A stretch of DNA of 64,000 bases from the NCBI GenBank assembly GCA_963664305.2, contig CAXXLV010000002.1, positions 960,001-1,024,000 on the forward strand. Direction: 5' to 3'. Positions 50,588 through 58,959 of this stretch are shown here, one piece after another. The position numbers were made by a program, and so were the translations under genes. The notes under the pieces were generated by a model, which was not told where the DNA came from, searched no databases, and worked only from the letters and a program-made list of their open reading frames with translations. Source of the stretch: an uncultured Aliarcobacter sp. Lineage in GTDB: Bacteria > Campylobacterota > Campylobacteria > Campylobacterales > Arcobacteraceae. Position 1 is the stretch's first letter. The number at the start of each line of letters is the position of its first letter.

Positions 50588-52711
50588 ATGGCATATACAT
50601 ATTATTTTAAAGGTACTTACTACTTTAGAAAAATAATTCACAAAAAACACTTACCAAATAGAACACATAATTTAAATTATAGAAGAAGTTTAAGATTATG
50701 TATAAGTAAAGATTTTTATTACTATTTAGAAACTAATAAATTAGAATTAGATAAACTAACTGATTATATTAATTTAAACTTAACAAAAAAATTGAAAGAA
50801 GGTATATTTTTGGACACGATAGATATTAATCTTTACATAGATGAACTTTGTGAGAATTACAAAAAATTGGCAAATATTGAAAACTCTATTCTTGAAGAAA
50901 AAAGAATAAAAGATATGGAGTATATTGATAATGATGGCAAACTTCATGAAGGTTTTCATCTTCAAGCAATCACCATAAAATTTAAAGAACTTACATCTTT
51001 ATATAATGATGGATTAAGAGATACTGAAAAAATCCAAAGACTTGGATTAGAAATCGTAAAAAGGTCTAATATTCCATATGACAGAGTATTAAAAGAAATA
51101 CCAGCAGATAAATTAACAATTTTTTATGAAATGTTAATAAAAAGTGAAAAAGAAGTTCTTTGTAATGATATAAAAAGATATATTAAACGGAATCTATTCC
51201 AATTTTTTCAACTTATCCCCTCTTCTATAAAAGATGATAATGACAAAGTAGAACATGCATACAATGAATACTTGAATTTAGTTTTTGATAATCCAATACA
51301 AAAAAACTACTTAGAATTAATTCGTAAAAAAAGTTCTGTACCACAAATAACTAATGACAGTATTTTTAACCTTAATGATACAGACTTAATTGAAAAAATA
51401 AAAAAATCAATGGCTGAAGATGAAAAAGTAAAGGTTCTTGAATCTTCTTTAGATATTGATATTTTGATAGAAAAGTATATTAATTTTAAAAAATCTTCGG
51501 ATACAGTTCAAAAAAGACAAACTTTATCGCTAGGTTTATTTAAGGAATTCCTTCAAGGTAATGGAAATGAATATAAAGCTAAAAAGTTAGAAGATTTAAC
51601 AGAAGAAGATGTATCAAGTTTTGAGGAATTAATTGCAGAAGCAACTCCGAGAGATGAAAAACATTTAAAAAATAAAAACTTATATCAATTAGTTGAGTAC
51701 AGAAAAAAAACAAATGGTTTAAGATATTCAAAAAATACTTTAGAAATGACAGACTATGATATAAAAGATTTTTGGAAATATATATCAACAAAAATTAATA
51801 AAAATTTAGATTCAACATTATTTTCAGGATTTAATAGTCTATATCTTTCTGAATATAAAAAGCATGAAGAAAACAGTTTAGATAGACAATTAAGATGTTT
51901 TAAAAATACAGAATTACAAAACTATATAGATGTTATTTTTAATGAAAAAGATACTAAAAGAATTTTATTATCTTCGCCAAAAAACTTTTATTCATTCTTC
52001 TTTGCTTTTATGTATGGATTAAGGATTGGAGAATTCTCTTATATCAAGATGAGCGATATTCGTGTTCAAGAAGTTAATAATGAAAGAGTTTATTATATTT
52101 GGTTAAATGAAGATGTTAAACCTCAAAGTTTAAAAAATCAAAATGCCCATAGAAACATCCCTATTTCTAGTTTAATGATAAAACTTGGCTTTTTAAATTA
52201 TGTAGAAAAAAGATTAAAAAATAAAAAAGAATGGTTGTGGGATATACCTAAAAGTGGTTATGGAACAATAAACACTTTTCACCAAAGAAATATTCAGAAA
52301 TTATTCCCTGAAGCGGCAGATACAAAAGAAAACAAATTGAGAGTATTAAATGAAAATTCTACAAATGCAACTGAACTAAATGTAATTCAATTTAGATGTC
52401 TTAGAAAAAACTTTTCAGAATTTATTTTTTCAAAACACTTAGGAGAATATTATACTGGTGAAAATGCAAAAAGATTAATGGGGCATACAGAAGGAACTAC
52501 ATCAGGCGAATATCTTGGAAGAATCAATCCTTTTGAAGGTAAAAATATTTTAGATAATATTGATACATATGGTTTAGATTTTTCTAATTTACTTTTATAT
52601 GTAAAAAAATTTTATGGAACAATATTAACAGATTTATCTAATTTAAAAGATGAAAATAATTGGATGATTAAATCATATGTAAAACCTAAAAAAGGTCGTA
52701 AAATAAAATAA
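50588..52711 (+). CDS. Large tyrosine recombinase/integrase
   Basis: N-terminal GTYYFRK (DUF6538-like); catalytic pattern GLRIGE, LKNQNAHR, RCLR, LMGH, Y; start at MAYTY after AGGAG. Confidence 0.88.
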   Translation: MAYTYYFKGTYYFRKIIHKKHLPNRTHNLNYRRSLRLCISKDFYYYLETNKLELDKLTDYINLNLTKKLKEGIFLDTIDINLYIDELCENYKKLANIENSILEEKRIKDMEYIDNDGKLHEGFHLQAITIKFKELTSLYNDGLRDTEKIQRLGLEIVKRSNIPYDRVLKEIPADKLTIFYEMLIKSEKEVLCNDIKRYIKRNLFQFFQLIPSSIKDDNDKVEHAYNEYLNLVFDNPIQKNYLELIRKKSSVPQITNDSIFNLNDTDLIEKIKKSMAEDEKVKVLESSLDIDILIEKYINFKKSSDTVQKRQTLSLGLFKEFLQGNGNEYKAKKLEDLTEEDVSSFEELIAEATPRDEKHLKNKNLYQLVEYRKKTNGLRYSKNTLEMTDYDIKDFWKYISTKINKNLDSTLFSGFNSLYLSEYKKHEENSLDRQLRCFKNTELQNYIDVIFNEKDTKRILLSSPKNFYSFFFAFMYGLRIGEFSYIKMSDIRVQEVNNERVYYIWLNEDVKPQSLKNQNAHRNIPISSLMIKLGFLNYVEKRLKNKKEWLWDIPKSGYGTINTFHQRNIQKLFPEAADTKENKLRVLNENSTNATELNVIQFRCLRKNFSEFIFSKHLGEYYTGENAKRLMGHTEGTTSGEYLGRINPFEGKNILDNIDTYGLDFSNLLLYVKKFYGTILTDLSNLKDENNWMIKSYVKPKKGRKIK

Positions 52712-52720
52712 AATATCTTA

Positions 52721-53011
52721 TTTTTACCAACTCCAAATTCAGTGTATATATATTTCAATATTATCTCTAATATTAAATTATATACATTGTAATACATCTT
52801 AATTATATAACATTAATAATATTAAAATTATTTAAAATATAATAAAAGATGTGAATGTATTATCACTACAATATTATATTAATTAAGATAAGTTCAAACA
52901 TCTAAAGATATTATCACAATTTTAAATCTACAATTCAAAATTACAATATCAAACAATGAAAAACATTGCTTGTTAATTGTATTAATACACTTAATTTGGG
53001 ATTGGTAAAAA
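52721..53011. repeat. 27-bp imperfect inverted repeats enclosing an AT-rich tract
   Basis: TTTTTACCAACTCCAAATTCAGTGTAT (52721-47) against ATACACTTAATTTGGGATTGGTAAAAA (52985-53011), 24/27 complementary. Confidence 0.75.
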
Positions 53012-53102
53012 ATTTCAAAATTTCTCAAAAAAGTTTGAAATGTAGTTAATTCCAAAATCATAAATACTTAAAATGAATAGTAATACAAAAAAAAGGATTA
53101 CT

Positions 53103-53873
53103 ATGAATTTACTTGCAGATATTATTTCAGATGAAGATTTTCTTAATTTTAAAGTTAATCAATTAAGAAGAGATTATGAAAATAGACTTTATAAAAAGAT
53201 TACTCAATACTCAATGATTGCAGTTGAAAGAAGAATCAGAGATAATGAAAAAATCAAAGATGCACTAAATAAAGAATGGGATGATAAATTAGAATTTAAA
53301 AAACCAAAAGAACTTCAAAACACTAAATTTTCTGATTGGTATATTAAACAACTAAAAAGCATTAAAACCAATTGGAAAGCTTTAGAAGATGCACTTATTG
53401 GAAAAGTTGCTAAGGAGTATTTACACCAAGTTGAAGGTAGATATTTTAAAGAGTTAAGAAAAGTATATAAAAAATTAAATCTTGAATTTTCAGATGAACA
53501 TACAAATTTTATTAGTGAACTAAGATTAGAATCAATGGTTGAAGATAATATCAAATGGTTAAAAAGACACTATAACTCTTTTAGAATGATTAAATCACAT
53601 AAAGCAATATATGATAAGGAATACTATTTAAATGTTACCAAAATCAAAAATAATATTGGTACAAGAGCCGATGCAAATAAAAAAATAGGAATTGATAAAG
53701 TTGATAAGAGTAAAACACTTGTACTAATTACAGCAATAAAACTAAATGAACAAAAAATCAAAATTACTATTTCAAGCATCACAAAAGAGATAGCTAAAAA
53801 TGGTTCAAAATCTTTAGGCAAAACACAAGTTGCAAAATATTTAAAATTACTAAGGGATGAAGGTCAAATATGA
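53103..53873 (+). CDS. Hypothetical protein with C-terminal HTH; possibly replication-related (PriCT/HTH-like)
   Basis: KITISSITKE..GKTQVAKYL HTH-like end; overlaps the relaxase start (ATGA); start at MNLLA after AAGGA. Confidence 0.55.
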   Translation: MNLLADIISDEDFLNFKVNQLRRDYENRLYKKITQYSMIAVERRIRDNEKIKDALNKEWDDKLEFKKPKELQNTKFSDWYIKQLKSIKTNWKALEDALIGKVAKEYLHQVEGRYFKELRKVYKKLNLEFSDEHTNFISELRLESMVEDNIKWLKRHYNSFRMIKSHKAIYDKEYYLNVTKIKNNIGTRADANKKIGIDKVDKSKTLVLITAIKLNEQKIKITISSITKEIAKNGSKSLGKTQVAKYLKLLRDEGQI

Positions 53874-55114
53874 AAGATTTCATTTCTGTTAGTTTAATGA
53901 CCCATTCAAAGGATTATATTTCACAAGTTGAAAGTCATAATATTAATAGAGAAGATATTGATTATTTATTGGATAAAGAGGATAGATTAGGCAACTATTC
54001 AGAAAGCTTTTCACCTGTTGAAGATGTAGTTCAAATTGTAAATGTAAGTGCTGGAACTTATGCAGAGAATTTAAAGAATTTTTATGCAAATTACAAAGCT
54101 AGTTCAAGAACTCTAAAAGATAATCTTGATTTTTTAGAAAGTGTTAGAAAATCTCAACAAAAAGAGAAAGGCTTCAAAGATAAACAAAAAAAACACTTGA
54201 TTGAATTTTCTGTGAACTTATCAGAAGAAAAAACAAAAGAGTATTTAAAAAATGGGGTAGATATAAAAGCTGGATTTCAACAATATGTAAAAGACTTAAG
54301 AAAAATGGGTATTCATACACTTCAATTAGATTTTCATACGGATGAAGGCTATTATAAAAACAATACTCATCATCATAATTTCCATGCCCATATAGTAGCT
54401 TATAACTATAACTTTAGCACAAAGAAAGCAATTGCATCAAATTTTAGGAAAAAAGATTATAGAAAACTTCAAACCCTTGCCCAAAATTCATTTAAAGCTG
54501 TTGGGCTTAATTATAAAAGGGGTTATAGTAAATTTATTACAAATAAAGTACATCTAAGAAGAGATGACTATATCCATGAACAAAAGAAAAAAGAGAAAAA
54601 TCTTTTATTTAAAGAAATAACTGCTTTACAAAAGGATTTACAGGAGTTAAAATCAAAAGTAGAACTTGAAGAGATTAATGTACAAGATTACCAAAAATGG
54701 AATGAAGAGATAAAATCTGGACTAAAAGATTTTATAAAATCACATACAATAAAAAATGATAATAAATATCAAATTAAGTCAATTAAAAGTTTTTATGATG
54801 AATTAGTTGACCTAGTTGATTATGTTTCAAATTTCGATATAAAATTAGAAGAGTTAGAAAAAGTAAGTTCAACAAATCAGATTTTAAAAGCAAAAATTGA
54901 ATCTTTAACAAAAGAAAAAGAACAATTTCTCAAAGCTTTAGAAAAACTTAAATTGTATGAAAGCAAGATTAAATCCTTAGTAGATAAAAAAGACACTTTA
55001 GAAGATGAAAACTATCAATTAATGCAGTATTTAAAAGATAAAGAATTAGAGGATGATTTTAAATCTTTTATTTCAAATTTAAAAAAATATAACTTGAATG
55101 ATATAGGTAGGTAG
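53870..55114 (+). CDS. MOBV/Mob-Pre-type relaxase
   Basis: N-terminal HNINR, FHTDEG..NFHAH HUH motif, long C-terminal coiled coil. Confidence 0.8.
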   Translation: MKDFISVSLMTHSKDYISQVESHNINREDIDYLLDKEDRLGNYSESFSPVEDVVQIVNVSAGTYAENLKNFYANYKASSRTLKDNLDFLESVRKSQQKEKGFKDKQKKHLIEFSVNLSEEKTKEYLKNGVDIKAGFQQYVKDLRKMGIHTLQLDFHTDEGYYKNNTHHHNFHAHIVAYNYNFSTKKAIASNFRKKDYRKLQTLAQNSFKAVGLNYKRGYSKFITNKVHLRRDDYIHEQKKKEKNLLFKEITALQKDLQELKSKVELEEINVQDYQKWNEEIKSGLKDFIKSHTIKNDNKYQIKSIKSFYDELVDLVDYVSNFDIKLEELEKVSSTNQILKAKIESLTKEKEQFLKALEKLKLYESKIKSLVDKKDTLEDENYQLMQYLKDKELEDDFKSFISNLKKYNLNDIGR

Positions 55115-55223
55115 GGTTATTGTGTCGAACTTAGATTGTCAAGAGTTCTTGACCGAACAACTTTTTTTAAAAAGTTAGCCATTTTAATGGCGAAGTGAGC
55201 CAGACACAATAACCTACCCTACC
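55106..55223. other. Multi-branched inverted-repeat structure (candidate oriT or structured RNA)
   Basis: Outer GGTTATTGTGTC / GACACAATAACC stem enclosing three inner hairpins, directly after the relaxase stop. Confidence 0.6.
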
Positions 55224-55348
55224 CAATGAATTCAAATATGAAGAAATATTACAAAATATATTGAAATAATTACTAGAAATATTAAATATATTATTAAAAA
55301 TACTTTACCTAACTTAAAATAGATTGTATCTATTATGAAAGGTATAAC

Positions 55349-55786
55349 ATGAGTGAATTAAAAAAAGTTGAACTTACTATAAATACAGATTTTTATTTAT
55401 GCAAGTTTGAAAATAAGACAAAATTAAGTTTAAAAAAAGAGTTTGTGGAAGCTGCAATAGCATCAAGCCATATTGAGAATTTAGTAATATTTTTAGCTAA
55501 TCAAGTATTTGAGGATGAAAACTTCTTCAAAAGACAAAAAGTAGTTGCATTAAGCAATCTAATCAAGGATTTAAAATCATATGTAAATGAGAGTGATAAA
55601 TACTCATTAAATCTGATTATAAAGAATTTAAAAAGCTATCACAAAATTGAAAAAGAGGATAAATACTTCATCTTAAAAGATGAAAAAATGTTTATCATTG
55701 AAGCACTTATCAAAGTTGCATTTAGTAGTTCTTTTAATCAAATTTTAAAAGATATGTATAAAATCAAATCAAAGGATGTAGCATGA
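55349..55786 (+). CDS. Hypothetical protein
   Basis: AAAGG RBS, 145 aa. Confidence 0.7.
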   Translation: MSELKKVELTINTDFYLCKFENKTKLSLKKEFVEAAIASSHIENLVIFLANQVFEDENFFKRQKVVALSNLIKDLKSYVNESDKYSLNLIIKNLKSYHKIEKEDKYFILKDEKMFIIEALIKVAFSSSFNQILKDMYKIKSKDVA

Positions 55787-55965
55787 TTTTTTTAATAGTT
55801 AGTTTATTAAGAGATTACAAATATCAAATTACTGAAGAAAATTGTGTTCAGTTCATTAGAGATTTAATTGAAAGAATTGATGCTGAACAAATGGAACAAG
55901 TAAACAAAATCAAAGAGATGATTGAAAATGATAGAGAAAATCATCATGATGGGTTTGGAAGATAA
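55783..55965 (+). CDS. Hypothetical small protein
   Basis: AAGGA RBS, ATGA overlap with the previous ORF. Confidence 0.6.
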   Translation: MIFLIVSLLRDYKYQITEENCVQFIRDLIERIDAEQMEQVNKIKEMIENDRENHHDGFGR

Positions 55966-55992
55966 TAATTTAAAATAGAAGCATTTTAGCTT

Positions 55993-56085
55993 CTATTTTT
56001 TAGGAGGATTATTACCTCTTCCTCCTCCAGATGGATTTCCTGTTGTTGATGGTCCATTAGGTGGTCTAACTCCTGATTTTGCCAT
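55993..56085 (-). CDS. 30-aa Gly/Pro/Asn-rich peptide MAKSGVRPPNGPSTTGNPSGGGRGNNPPKK
   Basis: AAAGGA RBS 7 nt before the ATG; GC-rich codons with A/T third positions in an AT-rich context. Confidence 0.7.
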   Translation of the reverse strand: MAKSGVRPPNGPSTTGNPSGGGRGNNPPKK

Positions 56086-56121
56086 TGTGTTTCCTTTTAA
56101 ATTAAAATATTGAATTATCTA

Positions 56122-56313
56122 TTATTTGAATAATGGAAAATTCTCTAAAGGGTCGTAAGAAAATGGCTTTTCGTCAGAAAAACCAAAACCATAGTTACCT
56201 TTACCATAAACAGAAGATGAAGAAATAGAGTTTTTTGATTTTATATTATTATTGTTTTTTGATATACAAATTTTATTATTACTCACTTGATTTTTAGAGC
56301 CATTTTTTGACAT
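56122..56313 (-). CDS. Small hypothetical protein (63 aa, N/S/K-rich)
   Basis: GAAAGGA RBS directly upstream. Confidence 0.55.
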   Translation of the reverse strand: MSKNGSKNQVSNNKICISKNNNNIKSKNSISSSSVYGKGNYGFGFSDEKPFSYDPLENFPLFK

Positions 56314-56371
56314 ATTATTTCCTTTCTCTTGTTTAGATAGGAAAATTATATAGGAGATTTTTAAGAAAAAA

Positions 56372-57697
56372 TTACCCTAAAGTTGATAATTTTTTAAAAT
56401 ATTCTGAAATAATATTTATACATTCTATTAGATTACTATTATTTTTTATTAATTCTACATATTCATCTAAATTTTTATCTATACCTCCCATAGATAATAG
56501 TGTTCCAAAATCTCTATCTAAATATTTATATTTTTCATTAAATAAAACTTTGTTTTCTATTTTTATAGCAATAATAAATCTTACAAAATTATTCGCACTA
56601 TTTATATTATGAGAATATAATTCTTCAGATGGAACATCTTTAATAATATTTAATAATTCTATATAGTCATTTTGATTTTTACATTTAGAAAAATTTTCTA
56701 TTATTAATTTTTTATTGGGAAATGTGATATTTATAGTTTTATTAGGGTAATTATAGTCAAAAAATTTATCCATTCTCAATTTTAATGTTGTTAATGTCTC
56801 AGAAATAGGTATTTTATCTATATTTTCAAAAGGAGGAAAACAAATAAGATATTCTTGCTGTAATTCTAATATTTGCTCTTCTGTATTTTTTAAATAATGT
56901 TCTCTCATAATACTTCTAAAAAATTCTAATTGTTTAATAAATTTTTTTTTATTATCTTCTACAATTTGGTATTCATTCTGAATATATAACAATCCTCTTA
57001 TTATTAACAATTGAATAAAAACTCCTATTTTTTCAGGAGTATGTCCTTTAGAGATAGTATTTAATATTACTAATATTTTAACAAAACTAGGAAATTCCTT
57101 ATTATTTTTCCATTTTGATAAATCCTTTTCAAAAGTAGAAAAACTAACTTCTTCGATAGAAACATTTTTTTTGCTATATGAATCATACATTTCTGAATTT
57201 TTATATGATAATTGAACTGCTAACTCTTTTTGTGTTTTTACTTTTGAAACTTGTTTGCATCTATTTAAAAAAGGCATAAGACTATTCTCTCTTAATGATT
57301 CATCAAACAAACTAATATCTATATTTTTAGAAATCATTTTTTCAATAATAAATCCAATCTGAAATGCAAACAAGTTTATATACATTTCATTCTCAAGAAT
57401 AGACTGTTTAAAAATTTTATAGTTATTAGATATATTAGTTATTTGATGTACATAAAATTGATTTAATTCATTATCTCCTAATAAATAATCAATAAAAAAA
57501 ATATGAAAGATATGTGATTCACGAGTTAATTGTTGTATATAATTTTCATTACTTAATAAATTATCATTTTTTAAAAAATTATTGTAAGCTTCTTCATCAG
57601 CTTGTTTATCTCGTTTTATTTTAAAAATATCTAATGGTTCAAATACTCTATGATTAACACCAAAAATATTCCAAAATACACTATTAAAATCTTTCAA
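56372..57697 (-). CDS. Hypothetical protein with internal XRE-like HTH
   Basis: TQKELA..LSKWKNNKEFPS; AAGGA RBS; lies downstream of the RM genes. Confidence 0.7.
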   Translation of the reverse strand: MKDFNSVFWNIFGVNHRVFEPLDIFKIKRDKQADEEAYNNFLKNDNLLSNENYIQQLTRESHIFHIFFIDYLLGDNELNQFYVHQITNISNNYKIFKQSILENEMYINLFAFQIGFIIEKMISKNIDISLFDESLRENSLMPFLNRCKQVSKVKTQKELAVQLSYKNSEMYDSYSKKNVSIEEVSFSTFEKDLSKWKNNKEFPSFVKILVILNTISKGHTPEKIGVFIQLLIIRGLLYIQNEYQIVEDNKKKFIKQLEFFRSIMREHYLKNTEEQILELQQEYLICFPPFENIDKIPISETLTTLKLRMDKFFDYNYPNKTINITFPNKKLIIENFSKCKNQNDYIELLNIIKDVPSEELYSHNINSANNFVRFIIAIKIENKVLFNEKYKYLDRDFGTLLSMGGIDKNLDEYVELIKNNSNLIECINIISEYFKKLSTLG

Positions 57698-57741
57698 TAT
57701 TTTTTATAATTCCTTTTTATTCTAAATCATTAAAATATTTA

Positions 57742-58959
57742 TTATGCTAACAGCGAAGTAATTTTTTCCCAATCAAAATTAAACCCTTTATTTCTTACAT
57801 AATATGAACCAGACTCTTTAAATACTAGCCCTAATTGTCCCCATAATTGAAATTCATTAGTAAATTTTTTTGCACCTTGTCCAGAAATCAAACCTTTTTC
57901 AATTAACTTTTCAATCACATTTTCTATTGCAATATCTCTATTATCAAAACCTTTATTTCTTGTATATTTTTCAATATCAAGAATTAAATCTAAATGTTTT
58001 CCTTCAATTAAAAGAATTTTAGCAACATAGTCATAAAATGTTCTACTTGTTGGTCCATGAATTTTACCAATTTTATGTAATTCATACCCAATTTCTGTCA
58101 AGTATCCGAATTCATCCCATGCTCCAATATGGTCAATAAAAGGAAAAAAGTTTTTTCTATATTGCCAATATGTAATATCTCCTGTTCCTTGTATATTTGT
58201 AGACACACTTAATTCATTTAAAGCTTCTTCTCTAGTTAAAATTCCATCTTCAATTTGTTTTTTCCATTTTGCTAGTTTTTTTTTCATTGGTTTATATTTT
58301 TCACCGTTAACTAACTGAATTTCACTTTCATACTCTTCAAATTGATTTCTATATTGTTCTGGATATACATATTCTAAAAAAAATTTATTCCATATGTTTC
58401 TTTTTCTATCACCCTCATCATCAATCTTGTAAGATATATCCAAAAGTACCCATAAAGCATGTAATGGTAAATCAATCCATTTTGCCCAATATCTACCAGA
58501 CTGTGCTTCACTTAAAGTTAATTGTCCAATATTAATTTCAACTGTAGGCTCTTTATGAATTAAAATATTCGTTGGATTCTGATAATCGTATACAACTAAT
58601 GCAACAGGCATTTTATTTTTAATATTTTCTTCATATATCCTATCCATATATGTTCCCATATCAAAATGTTCTACTCGAGATGGAATAGCTAGATAAGATA
58701 ATGAATGTTTATCTAAATAAGCAATTGATTGTCCTAAACCAGTTAATATACCTCTTTTTGTTTCAGTAGGAGGCTTAAACTCTAATGCAGAAGAAAAATT
58801 ATTCGAAGGGTCAAAAAAAGTTCCATCAGGAGAAGGAAAATTACTTTCACTTTTAGTTAAAAAAACTCCATTAGATAAAATCTGAGAATCCCCATCAATT
58901 TTCCATTTAGCAAGTAAAGTTTCAATTACTTGCTTAGCCATATTATCATGTGCAGTCAT
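57742..58959 (-). CDS. Putative restriction endonuclease (PD-(D/E)xK)
   Basis: SPDG..LEFK..GLGQSIAY; translationally coupled to the MTase. Confidence 0.75.
   Translation of the reverse strand: MTAHDNMAKQVIETLLAKWKIDGDSQILSNGVFLTKSESNFPSPDGTFFDPSNNFSSALEFKPPTETKRGILTGLGQSIAYLDKHSLSYLAIPSRVEHFDMGTYMDRIYEENIKNKMPVALVVYDYQNPTNILIHKEPTVEINIGQLTLSEAQSGRYWAKWIDLPLHALWVLLDISYKIDDEGDRKRNIWNKFFLEYVYPEQYRNQFEEYESEIQLVNGEKYKPMKKKLAKWKKQIEDGILTREEALNELSVSTNIQGTGDITYWQYRKNFFPFIDHIGAWDEFGYLTEIGYELHKIGKIHGPTSRTFYDYVAKILLIEGKHLDLILDIEKYTRNKGFDNRDIAIENVIEKLIEKGLISGQGAKKFTNEFQLWGQLGLVFKESGSYYVRNKGFNFDWEKITSLLA

Noticed and set aside
52612..52797. 61-aa minus-strand ORF at the integrase end
   Set aside because: Overlaps the integrase antisense and an AT-rich inverted-repeat region, with no RBS or motif.
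55106..55223. tRNA, or retron/CRISPR-type RNA
   Set aside because: No tRNA consensus loops or CCA, and no reverse transcriptase, cas gene or spaced direct repeats seen anywhere in the window.
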